Positions 25,690 through 39,429 of a stretch of DNA of 64,000 bases are shown piece by piece; the first letter of the stretch is position 1, and each line of letters begins with the position of its first letter. Location: assembly GCA_964016885.1 (NCBI GenBank), contig OZ024746.1:52886001-52950000 (forward strand), read 5' to 3'. The notes beneath the pieces are model-generated. The model did not search any database. It was given only the letters and a program-made list of their open reading frames with translations, and was not told where the DNA came from. The stretch comes from Eledone cirrhosa (taxonomy: Eukaryota). The position numbers and the translations under genes were made by a program.

Positions 25690-28600
25690 GGTTGTTGAGA
25701 TAATTGTGTTGTTGTTGTTGTTATTGTAGTTAGTGGTTGCTGAGATGGTAGTGTTGTTGTTGTTATTGTAGTTAGTGGTTTCTGTGATGGTAGTGTTGTT
25801 GTTGTTGTTATTGTAGTTAGTGGTTGCTAAGATCATAGTGTTGTTGTTGTTGTTATTGTAGTTAGTGGTTGCTGAGATGGTAGTGTTGTTGTTGTTGTTA
25901 TTGTAGTTAGTGGTTTCTGAGATGGTAGTGTTGTTGTTGTTGTTGTTATTGTAGTTAATGGTTTCTGTGATGGTAGTGTTGTTGTTGTTGTTATTGTAGT
26001 TAGTGGTTGCTGTGATGGTAGTGTTGTTGTTGTTATTGTAGTTAGTGGTTGCTGAGATGGTAGTGTTGTTGTTGTTGTTATTGTAGTTAGTGGTTGCTGA
26101 GATGGTAGTGTTGTTGTTGCTGTTATTGTAGTTAGTGGTTTCTGTGATGGTAGTGTTGTTGTTGTTGTTATTGTAGTTAGTGGTTACTGTGATGGTAGTG
26201 TTGTTGTTGTTATTCTAGTTAGTGGTTGCTGTGATGGTAGTGTTGTTGTTGTTGTTATTGTAGTTAGTGGTTTCTGTGATGGTAGTGTTGTTGTTGTTAT
26301 TGTAGTTAGTGTTTGCTGAGATGGTAGTGTTGTTGCTGTTTTTATTGTAGTTAGTGTTTGCTGAGATGGTAGTGTTGTTGTTGTTTTTATTGTAGTCAGT
26401 GGTTGCTGAGATGGTAGTGTTGTTGTTGTTGTTATTGTAGTTAGTGTTTTCTGTGATGGTAGTGTTGTTGTTGTTGTTATTGTAGTTAGTGGTTGCTGTG
26501 ATGGTAGTGTTGTTGTTGTTATTGTAGTTAGAGGTTGCTGTGATGGTAGTGTTGTTGTTGTTATTGTAGTTAGTGTTTGCTGAGATGGTTTTGTTGTTGT
26601 TGTTGTTATTGTAGTTAGTGGTTGCTGAGATGGTAGTGTTGTTGTTGTTGTTGTTGTTATTGTAGTTAGTGGTTGCTGAGATGGTAGTGTTGTTGTTGTT
26701 GTTATTATAGTTAGTGGTTGCTGAGTTGGTAGTGTTGTTGTTGTTGTTATTGTAGTTAGTGGTTGCTGAGATGGTAGTGTTGTTGTTGTTGTTATTGTAG
26801 TTAGTGGTTGCTGAGATGGTAGTGTTGTAGTTGTTGTTATTATAGTTAGTGGTTGCTGTGTTGGTAGTGTTGTTGTTGTTGTTATTGTAGTTAGTGGTTG
26901 CTGAGATGGTAGTGTTGTTGTTATTGTTGTTGTTATTGTAGTTAGTGGTTTCTGTGATGGTAGTGTTGTTGTTGTTATTGTAGTTAGTGGTTGCTGAGAT
27001 GGTAGTGTTGTTATTGTTATTGTAGTTAATGGTTTCTGTGATAGGTAGTGTTGTTGTTATTGTTATTGTAGTTAGTGGTTGATGAGATGGTAGTGTTGTT
27101 GTTGTTGTTATTGTAGTTAGTGGTTGCTGAGATGGTAGTGTTGTTGTTGTTGTTATTGTAGTTAGAGGTTGCTGTGATGGTAGTGTTGTTGTTGTTGTTA
27201 TTCTAGTTAGTGGTTGCTGAGATGGTAGTGTTGTTGTTGTTGTTATTGTAGTTAGAGGTTGCTGTGATGGTAGTGTTGTTGTTGTTATTGTAGATAGTGG
27301 TTGCTGAGATGATAGTGTTGTGGTTGTTGTTATTGTAGTTAGTGGTTTCTGTGATGGTAGTGTTGTTGTTGTTGTTATTGTAGTTAGTGGTTGCTGTGAT
27401 GGTAGTGTTGTTGTTGTTATTGTAGTTAGTGGTTGCTGAGATGATAGTGTTGTTGTTGTTGTTATTGTAGTTAGTGTTTGCTGAGATGGTAGTGTTGTTG
27501 TTGTTATTCTAGTTAGTGGTTGCTGTGATGGTAGTGTTGTTGTTGTTGTTATTGTAGTTAGTGGTTTCTGTGATAGTAGTGTTGTTGTTGTTATTGTAGT
27601 TAGTGGTTGCTGAGATGGTAGTGTTGTTGTTGTGGTTATTGTAGTTAGTGGTTGCTGAGATGGTAGTGTTGTTGTTGTTATTGTAGCTAGTGGTTGCTGT
27701 GATGGTAGTGTTGTTGTTGTTATTGTAGATAGTGGTTGCTATGATGGTAGTGATGTTGTTGTTATTGTAGCTAGTGGTTGCTGTGTTGGTAGTGTTGTTG
27801 TTGTTATTGTAGTTAGTGGTTGCTATGATGGTAGTGTTGTTGTTGTTATTGTAGCTAGTGGTTGCTGTGATGGTAGTGTTTTTGTTGTTATTGTAGTTAG
27901 TGGTTGCTATGATGGTAGTGTTGTTGTTGTTATTGTAGTTAGAGGTTGCTATGATGGTAATGTTGTTGTTGTTATTGTAGTTAGTGGTTGCTATGATGGT
28001 AGTGTTGTTGTTGTTATTGTAGCTAGTGGTTGCTGAGATGGTAGTGTTGTTGTTGTTGTTATTGTAGTTAGAGGTTGCTGAGATGGTAGTGTTGTTGTTG
28101 TTATTGTAGTTAGTGGTTGCTGTGATGGTAGTGTTGTTGTTGTTATTGTAGTTAGTGTTTGCTGAGATGGTAGTGTTGTTGTTGTTATTGTAGTTAGTGG
28201 TTGCTATGATGGTAGTGTTGTTGTTGTTTTTATTGTAGTCAGTGGTTGCTGAGATGGTAGTGTTGTTGTTGTTGTTATTGTAGTTAGTGGTTTCTGTGAT
28301 GGTAGTGTTGTTGTTGTTATTGTAGTTAGTGGTTGCTGTGATGGTAGTGTTGTTGTTGTTATTGTAGTTAGAGGTTGCTGTGATGGTAGTGTTGTTGTTG
28401 TTATTGTAGTTAGTGTTTGCTGAGATGGTTTTGTTGTTGTTGTTGTTATTGTAGTTAGTGGTTGCTGAGATGGTAGTGTTGTTGTTGTTGTTGTTATTGT
28501 AGTTAGTGGTTGCTGAGATGGTAGTGTTGTTGTTGTTGTTATTATAGTTAGTGGTTGCGGAGTTGGTAGTGTTGTTGTTGTTGTTATTGTAGTTAGTGGT

Positions 28601-31600
28601 TGCTGAGATGGTAGTGTTGTTGTTGTTGTTATTGTAGTTAGTGGTTGCTGAGATGGTAGTGTTGTTGTTGTTGTTATTATAGTTAGTGGTTGCTGTGTTG
28701 GTAGTGTTGTTGTTGTTGTTATTGTAGTTAGTGGTTGCTGAGATGGTAGTGTTGTTGTTATTGTTGTTGTTATTGTAGTTAGTGGTTTCTGTGATGGTAG
28801 TGTTGTTGTTGTTATTGTAGTTAGTGGTTGCTGAGATGGTAGTGTTGTTATTGTTATTGTAGTTAATGGTTTCTGTGATGGTAGTGTTGTTGTTGTTGTT
28901 ATTGTAGTTAGTGGTTGCTGAGATGGTAGTGTTGTTGTTGTTGTTATTGTAGTTAGAGGTTGCTGTGATGGTAGTGTTGTTGTTGTTATTGTAGTTAGTG
29001 GTTGCTGAGATGATAGTGTTGTTGTTGTTGTTATTGTAGTTAGTGTTTGCTGAGATGGTAGTGTTGTTGTTGTTGTTATTGTAGTTAGTGGTTTCAATGA
29101 TGGTAGTGTTGTTGTTGTTGTTATTGTAGTTAGTGGTTGCTGTGATGGTAGTGTTGTTGTTGTTATTGTAGTTAGTGGTTGCTGAGATGGTAGTGTTGTT
29201 GTTGTTGTTATAGGTAGTTAGTGGTTTCTGTGATTGTAGTGTTGTTGTTGTTATTGTAGTTAGTGGTTGCTGAGATGATAGTGTTGTTGTTGTTATTGTA
29301 GTTAGTGGTTGCTGTGATGGTAGTGTTGTTGTTGTTGTTATTGTAGTTAGTGTTTGCTGAGATGGTAGTGTTGTTGTTGTTGTTATTGTAGTTAGTGGTT
29401 TCTGTGATGGTAGTGTTGTTGTTGTTGTTATTGTAGTTAGTGGTTGCTGAGATGATAGTGTTGTTGTTGTTATTGTAGTTAGTGGTTGCTGAAATGGTAG
29501 TGTTGTTGTTGTTGTTATTGTAGTTAGTGGTTGCTGTGATGGTAGTGTTGTTGTTGTTGTTATTGTAGTTAGTGGTTGCTGAGATGATAGTGTTGTTGTT
29601 GTTATTGTAGTTAGTGGTTGCTGAAATGGTAGTGTTGTTGTTGTTGTTATTGTAGTTAGTGGTTTCTGTGATGGTAGTGTTGTTGTTGTTGTTATTGTAG
29701 TTAGTGGTTGCTGAGATGGTAGTGTTGTTGTTGTTGTTATTGTAGTTAGTGGTTTCTGTGATGGTAGTGTTGTTGTTGTTGTTATTGTAGTTAGTGGTTG
29801 CTGAGATGATAGTGTTGTTGTTGTTATTGTAGTTAGTGGTTGCTGAAATGGTAGTGTTGTTGTTGTTGTTATTGTAGTTAGTGGTTTCTGTGATGGTAGT
29901 GTTGTTGTTGTTATTGTAGTTAGTGTTTGCTGAGATGGTTTTGTTGTTGTTGTTGTTATTGTAGTTAGTGGTTGCTGAGATGATAGTGTTGTTGTTGTTA
30001 TTGTAGTTAGTGGTTGCTGAAATGGTAGTGTTGTTGTTGTTGTTATTGTAGTTAGTGGTTTCTGTGATGGTAGTGTTGTTGTTGTTGTTATTGTAGTTAG
30101 AGGTTGCTGTGATGGTAGTGTTGTTGTTGTTATTGTAGTTAGTGTTTGCTGAGATGGTTTTGTTGTTGTTGTTGTTATTGTAGTTAGTGGTTGCTGAGAT
30201 GGTAGTGTTGTTGTTGTTGTTGTTATTGTAGTTAGTGGTTGCTGAGATGGTAGTGTTGTTGTTGTTGTTATTATAGTTAGTGGTTGCGGAGTTGGTAGTG
30301 TTGTTGTTGTTGTTATTGTAGTTAGTGGTTGCTGAGATGGTAGTGTTGTTGTTGTTGTTATTGTAGTTAGTGGTTGCTGAGATGGTAGTGTTGTTGTTGT
30401 TGTTATTATAGTTAGTGGTTGCTGTGTTGGTAGTGTTGTTGTTGTTGTTATTGTAGTTAGTGGTTGCTGAGATGGTAGTGTTGTTGTTATTGTTGTTGTT
30501 ATTGTAGTTAGTGGTTTCTGTGATGGTAGTGTTGTTGTTGTTATTGTAGTTAGTGGTTGCTGAGATGGTAGTGTTGTTATTGTTATTGTAGTTAATGGTT
30601 TCTGTGATGGTAGTGTTGTTGTTGTTGTTATTGTAGTTAGTGGTTGCTGAGATGGTAGTGTTGTTGTTGTTGTTATTGTAGTTAGAGGTTGCTGTGATGG
30701 TAGTGTTGTTGTTGTTATTGTAGTTAGTGGTTGCTGAGATGATAGTGTTGTTGTTGTTGTTATTGTAGTTAGTGTTTGCTGAGATGGTAGTGTTGTTGTT
30801 GTTGTTATTGTAGTTAGTGGTTTCAATGATGGTAGTGTTGTTGTTGTTGTTATTGTAGTTAGTGGTTGCTGTGATGGTAGTGTTGTTGTTGTTATTGTAG
30901 TTAGTGGTTGCTGAGATGGTAGTGTTGTTGTTGTTGTTATAGGTAGTTAGTGGTTTCTGTGATTGTAGTGTTGTTGTTGTTATTGTAGTTAGTGGTTGCT
31001 GAGATGATAGTGTTGTTGTTGTTATTGTAGTTAGTGGTTGCTGTGATGGTAGTGTTGTTGTTGTTGTTATTGTAGTTAGTGTTTGCTGAGATGGTAGTGT
31101 TGTTGTTGTTGTTATTGTAGTTAGTGGTTTCTGTGATGGTAGTGTTGTTGTTGTTGTTATTGTAGTTAGTGGTTGCTGAGATGATAGTGTTGTTGTTGTT
31201 ATTGTAGTTAGTGGTTGCTGAAATGGTAGTGTTGTTGTTGTTGTTATTGTAGTTAGTGGTTGCTGTGATGGTAGTGTTGTTGTTGTTGTTATTGTAGTTA
31301 GTGGTTGCTGAGATGATAGTGTTGTTGTTGTTATTGTAGTTAGTGGTTGCTGAAATGGTAGTGTTGTTGTTGTTGTTATTGTAGTTAGTGGTTTCTGTGA
31401 TGGTAGTGTTGTTGTTGTTGTTATTGTAGTTAGTGGTTGCTGAGATGGTAGTGTTGTTGTTGTTGTTATTGTAGTTAGTGGTTTCTGTGATGGTAGTGTT
31501 GTTGTTGTTGTTATTGTAGTTAGTGGTTGCTGAGATGATAGTGTTGTTGTTGTTATTGTAGTTAGTGGTTGCTGAAATGGTAGTGTTGTTGTTGTTGTTA

Positions 31601-33850
31601 TTGTAGTTAGTGGTTTCTGTGATGGTAGTGTTGTTGTTGTTATTGTAGTTAGTGTTTGCTGAGATGGTAGTGTTGTTGTTGTTGTTATTGTAGTTAGTGG
31701 TTTCTGTGATGGTAGTGTTGTTGTTGTTGTTATTGTAGTTAGTGGTTGCTGAGATGATAGTGTTGTTGTTGTTATTGTAGTTAGTGGTTGCTGAAATGGA
31801 AGTGTTGTTGTTGTTGTTATTGTAGTTAGTGGTTTCTGTGATGGTAGTGTTGTTGTTGTTGTTATTGTAGTTAGTGGTTGCTGTGATGGTAGTGTTGTTG
31901 TTGTTATTCTAGTTAGTGGTTGCTGTGATGGTAGTGTTGTTGTTGTTGTTATTGTAGTTAGTGGTTTTTGTGATGGTAGTGTTGTTGTTGTTGTTATTGT
32001 AGTTAGTGGTTGCTGTGATGGTAGTGTTGTTGTTGTTATTGTAGTTAGTGGTTGCTGAGATGGTAGTGTTGTTGTTGTTATTGTAGTTAGAGGTTGCTGT
32101 GATGGTAGTGTTGTTGTTGTTGTTATTGTAGTTAGTGGTTGCTGAGATAATAGTGTTGTTGTTGTTGTTATTGTAGTTAGTGGTTGCTGAGATGGTAGTG
32201 TTGTTGGTGTTATTGTAGTTAGTGGTTGCTGAGATGGTAGTGTTGTTGTTGTTGTTATTGTAGTTAGTGGTTTCTGTGATGGTAGTGTTGTTGTTGTTGT
32301 TATTGTAGTTAGTGGTTGCTGAGATAATTGTGTTGTTGTTGTTGTTATTGTAGTTAGTGGTTGCTGAGATGGTAGTTATGTTGTTGTTATTGTAGTTAGT
32401 GGTTTCTGTGATGGTAGTGTTGTTGTTGTTGTTATTGTAGTTAGTGGTTGCTAAGATCATAGTGTTGTTGTTGTTGTTATTGTAGTTAGTGGTTGCTGAG
32501 ATGGTAGTGTTGTTGTTGTTGTTATTGTAGTTAGTGGTTTCTGAGATGGTAGTGTTGTTGTTGTTGTTGTTATTGTAGTTAATGGTTTCTGTGATGGTAG
32601 TGTTGTTGTTGTTGTTATTGTAGTTAGTGGTTGCTGTGATGGTAGTGTTGTTGTTGTTATTGTAGTTAGTGGTTGCTGAGATGGTAGTGTTGTTGTTGTT
32701 GTTATTGTAGTTAGTGGTTGCTGAGTTGGTAGTGTTGTTGTTGTTGTTATTGTAGTTAGTGGTTGCTGAGATGGTAGTGTTGTTGTTGTTATTGTAGTTA
32801 GTGGTTGCTGAGATGGTAGTGTTGTTGTTGTTGTTATTGTAGTTAGTGGTTGCTGTGATGGTAGTGTTGTTGTTGTTATTGTAGTTAGTGGTTGCTGAGA
32901 TGGTAGTGTTGTTGTTGTTGTTATTGTAGTTAGTGGTTGCTGAGATGGTAGTGTTGTTGTTGCTGTTATTGTAGTTAGTGGTTTCTGTGATGGTAGTGTT
33001 GTTGTTGTTGTTATTGTAGTTAGTGGTTACTGTGATGGTAGTGTTGTTGTTGTTATTCTAGTTAGTGGTTGCTGTGATGGTAGTGTTGTTGTTGTTGTTA
33101 TTGTAGTTAGTGGTTTCTGTGATGGTAGTGTTGTTGTTGTTTTTATTGTAGTTAGTGTTTGCTGAGATGGTAGTGTTGTTGTTGTTTTTATTGTAGTCAG
33201 TGGTTGCTGAGATGGCAGTATTGTTGTTGTTGTTATTGTAGTTAGTGTTTTCTGTGATGGTAGTGTTGTTGTTGTTGTTATTGTAGTTAGTGGTTGCTGT
33301 GATGGTAGTGTTGTTGTTGTTATTGTAGTTAGAGGTTGCTGTGATGGTAGTGTTGTTGTTGTTATTGTAGTTAGTGTTTGCTGAGATGGTTTTGTTGTTG
33401 TTGTTGTTATTGTAGTTAGTGGTTGCTGAGATGGTAGTGTTGTTGTTGTTGTTGTTATTGTAGTTAGTGGTTGCTGAGATGGTAGTGTTGTTGTTGTTGT
33501 TATTATAGTTAGTGGTTGCTGAGTTGGTAGTGTTGTTGTTGTTGTTATTGTACTTAGTGGTTGCTGAGATGGTAGTGTTGTTGTTGTTGTTATTGTAGTT
33601 AGTGGTTGCTGAGATGGTAGTGTTGTTGTTGTTGTTATTATAGTTAGTGGTTGCTGTGTTGGTAGTGTTGTTGTTGTTGTTATTGTAGTTAGTGGTTGCT
33701 GAGATGGTAGTGTTGTTGTTATTGTTGTTGTTATTGTAGTTAGTGGTTTCTGTGATGGTAGTGTTGTTGTTGTTATTGTAGTTAGTGGTTGCTGAGATGG
33801 TAGTGTTGTTATTGTTATTGTAGTTAATGGTTTCTCTGATAGGTAGTGTT
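25690..33850. repeat. Dispersed duplicated block (~25690-27050 and ~32315-33850) flanking the 1729-bp duplication
   Basis: TAATTGTG lies at 25701/32325 and GCTAAGATCATAG at ~25826/32450 (offset 6624). TTACTGTG lies at 26184/33027 and GATAGGTAG at 27040/33838. The offset drifts by monomer-sized indels. Confidence 0.85.
28345..31667. repeat. 1729-bp tandem higher-order duplication
   Basis: GCGGAGTTGG 28557/30286, GTTTCAATGA 29091/30820 and ATAGGTAG 29210/30939 are all 1729 apart. The ORF starts at 29097 and 30826 give the same N-terminal translation. Confidence 0.93.
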
Positions 33851-36800
33851 GTTGTTGTTGTTATTGTAGTTAGTGGTTGCTGAGATGGTAGTGTTGTTGT
33901 TGTTGTTATTGTAGTTAGTGGTTGCTGAGATGGTAGTGTTGTTGTTGTTGTTATTGTAGTTAGAGGTTGCTGTGATGGTAGTGTTGTTGTTGTTATTGTA
34001 GTTAGTGGTTGCTGAGATGATAGTGTTGTTGTTGTTGTTGTTATTGTAGTTAGTGTTTGCTGAGATGGTAGTGTTGTTGTTGTTGTTATTGTAGTTAGTG
34101 GTTTCTGTGATGGTAGTGTTGTTGTTGTTGTTATTGTAGTTAGTGGTTGCTGTGATGGTAGTGTTGTTGTTGTTGTTATTGTAGTTAGTGGTTTCTGTGA
34201 TGGTAGTGTTGTTGTTGTTGTTATTGTAGTTAGTGGTTGCTAAGATCATAGTGTTGTTGTTGTTGTTATTGTAGTTAGTGGTTGCTGAGATGGTAGTGTT
34301 GTTGTTGTTGTTATTGTAGTTAGTGGTTGCTGAGATGGTAGTGTTGTTGTTGTTGTTGTTATTGTAGTTAATGGTTTATGTGATGGTAGTGTTGTTGTTG
34401 TTGTTATTGTAGTTGGTGGTTGCTGTGATGGTAGTGTTGTTGTTGTTATTGTAGTTAGTGGTTGCTGAGATGGTAGTGTTGTTGTTGTTGTTATTGTAGT
34501 TAGTGGTTGCTGAGATGGTAGTGTTGTTGTTGCTGTTATTGTAGTTAGTGGTTTCTGTGATGGTAGTGTTGTTGTTGTTGTTATTGTAGTTAGTGGTTGC
34601 TGTGATGGTAGTGTTGTTGTTGTTATTCTAGTTAGTGGTTGCTGTGATGGTAGTGTTGTTGTTGTTGTTATTGTAGTTAGTGGTTTCTGTGATGGTAGTG
34701 TTGTTGTTGTTGTTATTGTAGTTAGTGGTTGCTGTGATGGTAGTGTTGTTGTTGTTATTCTAGTTAGTGGTTGCTGTGATGGTAGTGTTGTTGTTGTTGT
34801 TATTGTAGTTAGTGGTTTCTGTGATGGTAGTGTTGTTGTTGTTATTGTAGTTAGTGGTTCCTGAGGTGGTAGTGTTGTTGTTGTGGTTATTGTAGTTAGT
34901 GGTTGCTGAGATGGTAGTGTTGTTGTTGTTATTCTAGCTAGTGGTTGCTGTGATGGTAGTGTTGTTGTTGTTATTGTAGTTAGTGTTTGCTATGATGGTG
35001 GTGATGTTGTTGTTATTGTAGCTAGTGGTTGCTGAGATGGTAGTGTTGTTGTTGTGGTTATTGTAGTTAGTGGTTGCTGTGATGGTAGTGTTGTTGTTGT
35101 TATTGTAGTTAGTGGTTGCTAAGATGGTAGTGTTGTTGTTGTGGTTATTGTAGTTAGTGGTTGCTGAGATGGTAGTGTTGTTGTTGTTATTCTAGCTAGT
35201 GGTTGCTGTGATGGTAGTGTTGTTATTGTTATTGTAGTTAGTGTTTGCTGAGATGGTAGTGTTGTTGTTGTTTTTATTGTAGTTAGTGTTTGCTGAGATG
35301 GTAGTGTTGTTGTTGTTTTTATTGTAGTTAGTGGTTGCTGAGATGGTAGTGTTGTTGTTGTTGTTATTGTAGTTAGTGGTTGCTGTGATGGTAGTGTTGT
35401 TGTTGTTATTGTAGTTAGAGGTTGCTGTGATGGTAGTGTTGTTGTTGTTATTGTAGTTAGTGTTTGCTGAGATGGTAGTGTTGTTGTTGTTTTTATTGTA
35501 GTTAGTGGTTGCTGAGATGGTAGTGTTGTTGTTGTTATTGTAGTTAGTGGTTTCTGTGATGGTAGTGTTGTTGTTGTTATTGTAGTTAGTGGTTGCTGAG
35601 ATGGTAGTGTTGTTGTTGTGGTTATTGTAGTTAGTGGTTGCTGAGATGGTAGTGTTGTTGTTGTTATTGTAGCTAGTGGTTGCTGTGATGGTAGTGTTGT
35701 TGTTGTTATTGTAATTAGTGGTTGCTATGATGGTAGTGACGTTGTTATTGTAGCTAGTGGTTGCTGTGATGGTAGTGTTTTTGTTGTTATTGTAGTTAGT
35801 GGTTGCTATGATGGTAGTGTTGTTGTTGTTATTGTAGTTAGAGGTTGCTATGATGGTAGTGTTGTTGTTGTTATTGTAGTTAGTGGTTGCTATGATGGTA
35901 GTGTTGTTGTTGTTATTGTAGCTAGTGGTTGCTGAGATGGTAGTGTTGTTGTTGTTTTTATTGTAGTTAGTGTTTGCTGAGATGGTAGTGTTGTTGTTGT
36001 TTTTATTGTAGTTAGTGGTTGCTGTGATGGTAGTGTTGTTGTTGTTATTGTAGTTAGAGGTTGCTGAGATGGTAGTTTTGTTGTTGTTATTGTAGTTAGT
36101 GGTTGCTGTGATGGTAGTGTTGTTGTTGTTATTGTAGTTAGTGTTTGCTGAGATGGTAGTGTTGTTGTTGTTTTTATTGTAGTTAGTGTTTGCTGAGATG
36201 GTAGTGTTGTTGTTGTTATTGTAGTTAGAGGTTGCTATGATGGTAGTGTTGTTGTTGTTATTGTAGTTAGTGGTTGCTATGATGGTAGTGTTGTTGTTGT
36301 TATTGTAGTTAGTGTTTGCTGAGATGGTAGTGTTGTTGTTGTTTTTATTGTAGTTAGTGTTTGCTGAGATGGTAGTGTTGTTGTTGTTTTTATTGTAGTT
36401 AGTGGTTGCTGAGATGGTAGTGTTGTTGTTGCTGTTATTGTAGTTAGTGGTTTCTGTGATGGTAGTGTTGTTGTTGTTGTTATTGTAGTTAGTGGTTGCT
36501 GAGATGGTAGTGTTGTTGTTATTCTAGCTAGTGGTTGCTGTGATGGTAGTGTTGTTGTTGTTATTGTAGTTAGTGGTTGCTATGATGGTAGTGATGTTGT
36601 TGTTATTGTAGCTAGTGGTTGCTGAGATGGTAGTGTTGTTGTTGTGGTTATTGTAGTTAGTGGTTGCTGTGATGGTAGTGTTGTTGTTGTTATTGTAGTT
36701 AGTGGTTGCTGAGATGGTAGTGTTGTTGTTGTGGTTATTGTAGTTAGTGGTTGCTGAGATGGTAGTGTTGTTGTTGTTATTCTAGCTAGTGGTTGCTGTG

Positions 36801-39429
36801 ATGGTAGTGTTGTTGTTGTTATTGTAGTTAGTGGTTGCTATGATGGTAGTGATGTTGTTGTTATTGTAGCTAGTGGTTGCTGTGTTGGTAGTGTTGTTGT
36901 TGTTATTGTAGTTAGTGGTTGCTATGATGGTAGTGTTGTTGTTGTTATTGTAGCTAGTGGTTGCTGTGATGGTAGTGTTTTTGTTGTTATTGTAGTTAGT
37001 GGTTGCTATGATGGTAGTGTTGTTGTTGTTATTGTAGTTAGAGGTTGCTATGATGGTAGTGTTGTTGTTGTTATTGTAGTTAGTGGTTGCTATGATGGTA
37101 GTGTTGTTGTTGTTATTGTAGCTAGTGGTTAATGAGATGGTAGTGTTGTTGTTGTTTTTATTGTAGTTATTGTTTGCTGAGATGGTAGTGTTGTTCTTGT
37201 TTTTATTGTAGTTATTGGTTGCTGTGATGGTAGTGTTGTTGTTGTTATTGTAGTTAGAGGTTGCTGAGATGGTAGTGTTGTTGTTGTTATTGTAGTTAGT
37301 GGTCGCTGTGATGGTAGTGTTGTTGTTGTTATTGTAGTTAGTGTTTGCTGAGATGGTAGTGTTGTTGTTGTTTTTATTGTAGTTAGTGTTTGCTGAGATG
37401 GTAGTGTTGTTGTTGTTTTTATTGTAGTTAGTGGTTTCTGAGATGGTAGTGTTGTTGTTGTTGTTATTGTAGTTAGTGGTTTCTGTGATGGTAGTGTTGT
37501 TGTTGTTATTGTAGTTAGTGGTTGCTGTGATGGTAGTGTTGTTGTTGTTATTGTAGTTAGAGGTTGCTGTGATGGTAGTGTTGTTGTTGTTATTGTAGTT
37601 AGTGTTTGCTGAGATGGTAGTGTTGTTGTTGTTTTTATTGTAGTTAGTGGTTGCTGAGATGGTAGTGTTGTTGTTGTTATTGTAGTTAGTGGTTTCTGTG
37701 ATGGTAGTGTTGTTGTTGTTATTGTAGTTAGTGGTTGCTGAGATGGTAGTGTTGTTGTTGTGGTTATTGTAGTTAGTGGTTGCTGAGATGGTAGTGTTGT
37801 TGTTGTTATTGTAGCTAGTGGTTGCTGTGATGGTAGTGTTGTTGTTGTTATTGTAGTTAGTGGTTGCTATGATGGTAGTGATGTTGTTGTTATTGTAGCT
37901 AGTGGTTGCTGTGTTGGTAGTGTTGTTGTTGTTATTGTAGTTAGTGGTTGCTATGATGGTAGTGTTGTTGTTATTGTAGCTAGTGGTTGCTGTGATGGTA
38001 GTGTTTTTGTTGTTATTGTAGTTAGTGGTTGCTATGATGGTAGTGTTGTTGTTGTTATTGTAGTTAGAGGTTGTTATGATGGTAGTGTTGTTGTTGTTAT
38101 TGTAGTTAGTGGTTGCTATGATGGTGGTGTTGTTGTTGTTATTGTAGCTAGTGGTTGCTGAGATGGTAGTGTTGTTGTTGTTTTTATTGTAGTTAGTGTT
38201 TGCTGAGATGGTAGTGTTGTTGTTGTTTTTATTGTAGTTAGTGGTTGCTGTGATGGTAGTGTTGTTGTTGTTATTGTAGTTAGTGGTTGCTCTGATGGTA
38301 GTGTTGTTGTTGTTATTGTAGTTAGTGGTTGCTGAGATGGTAGTGTTGTTGTTGTTGTTATTGTAGTTAGAGGTTGCTGTGATGGTAGTGTTGTTGTTGT
38401 TGTTATTGTAGTTAGTGGTTGCTGAGATAATAGTGTTGTTGTTGTTGTTATTGTAGTTAGTGGTTGCTGAGATGGTAGTGTTGTTGTTGTTATTGTAGTT
38501 AGTGGTTGCTGTGATGGTAGTGTTGTTGTTGTTATTGTAGTTAGTGTTTGCTGAGATGGTAGTGTTGTTGTTGTTTTTATTGTAGTTAGTGTTTGCTGAG
38601 ATGGTAGTGTTGTTGTTGTTTTTATTGTAGTTAGTGGTTGCTGAGATGGTAGTGTTGTTGTTGTTGTTATTGTAGTTAGTGGTTTCTGTGATGGTAGTGT
38701 TGTTGTTGTTATTGTAGTTAGTGGGTGCTGTGATGGTAGTGTTGTTGTTGTTATTGTAGTTAGAGGTTGCTGTGATGGTAGTGTTGTTGTTGTTATTGTA
38801 GTTAGTGTTTGCTGAGATGGTAGTGTTGTTGTTGTTTTTATTGTAGTTAGTGGTTGCTGAGATGGTAGTGTTGTTGTTGTTGTTATTGTAGTTAGTGGTT
38901 TCTGTGATGGTAGTGTTGTTGTTGTTATTGTAGTTAGTGGTTGCTGAGATGGTAGTGTTGTTGTTGTAGTTAGAGGTTGCTGTGAAGGTAGTGTTGTTGT
39001 TGTTATTGTAGTTAGTGGTTTCTGTGATGGTAGTGTTGTTGTTGTTGTTATTATAGTTAGTGGTTGCTGAGTTGGTAGTGTTGTTGTTGTTGTTATTGTA
39101 GTTAGTGGTTGCTGAAATGGTAGTGTTGTTGTTGTTGTTATTGTAGTTAGTGGTTGTTGTGATGGTAGTGTTGTTGTTGTTGTTGTTGTAGTTAGTGGTT
39201 GCTGTTATGGTAGTGTTGTTGTTGTTATTCTAGTTAGTGGTTGCTGTGATGGTAGTGTTGTTGTTGTTATTGTAGTTAGTGGTTGTTTTGATGGTAGTGT
39301 TGTTGTTGTTGTTATTGTAGTTAGTGGTTGCTGAGATAATAGTGTTGTTGTTGTTGTTATTGTAGTTAGTGGTTGCTGAGATGGTAATGTTGTTGTTGTT
39401 ATTGTAGTTAGTGGTTTCTGTGATGGTAG

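Noticed and set aside
27509-30826. 1105-aa minus-strand ORF resembling a mucin or Asn/Thr-rich surface glycoprotein (and the nested 297-aa ORF 28204-29097)
   Set aside because: It consists entirely of satellite monomers. Its start is a TTG from a chance variant (+ strand CAA), it has no signal peptide or unique domain, it switches repeat frame midway at a 1-bp insertion, and it ends at a recurrent ATTCTAG variant.
6831-34249. Other minus-strand ORFs (6831, 12968, 22870, 23265, 24805, 31909, 33824)
   Set aside because: The consensus frames are stop-free by composition. Starts are sporadic CAT-creating point variants and stops are sporadic variants or frameshifts. Identical ORFs simply reflect block duplication.
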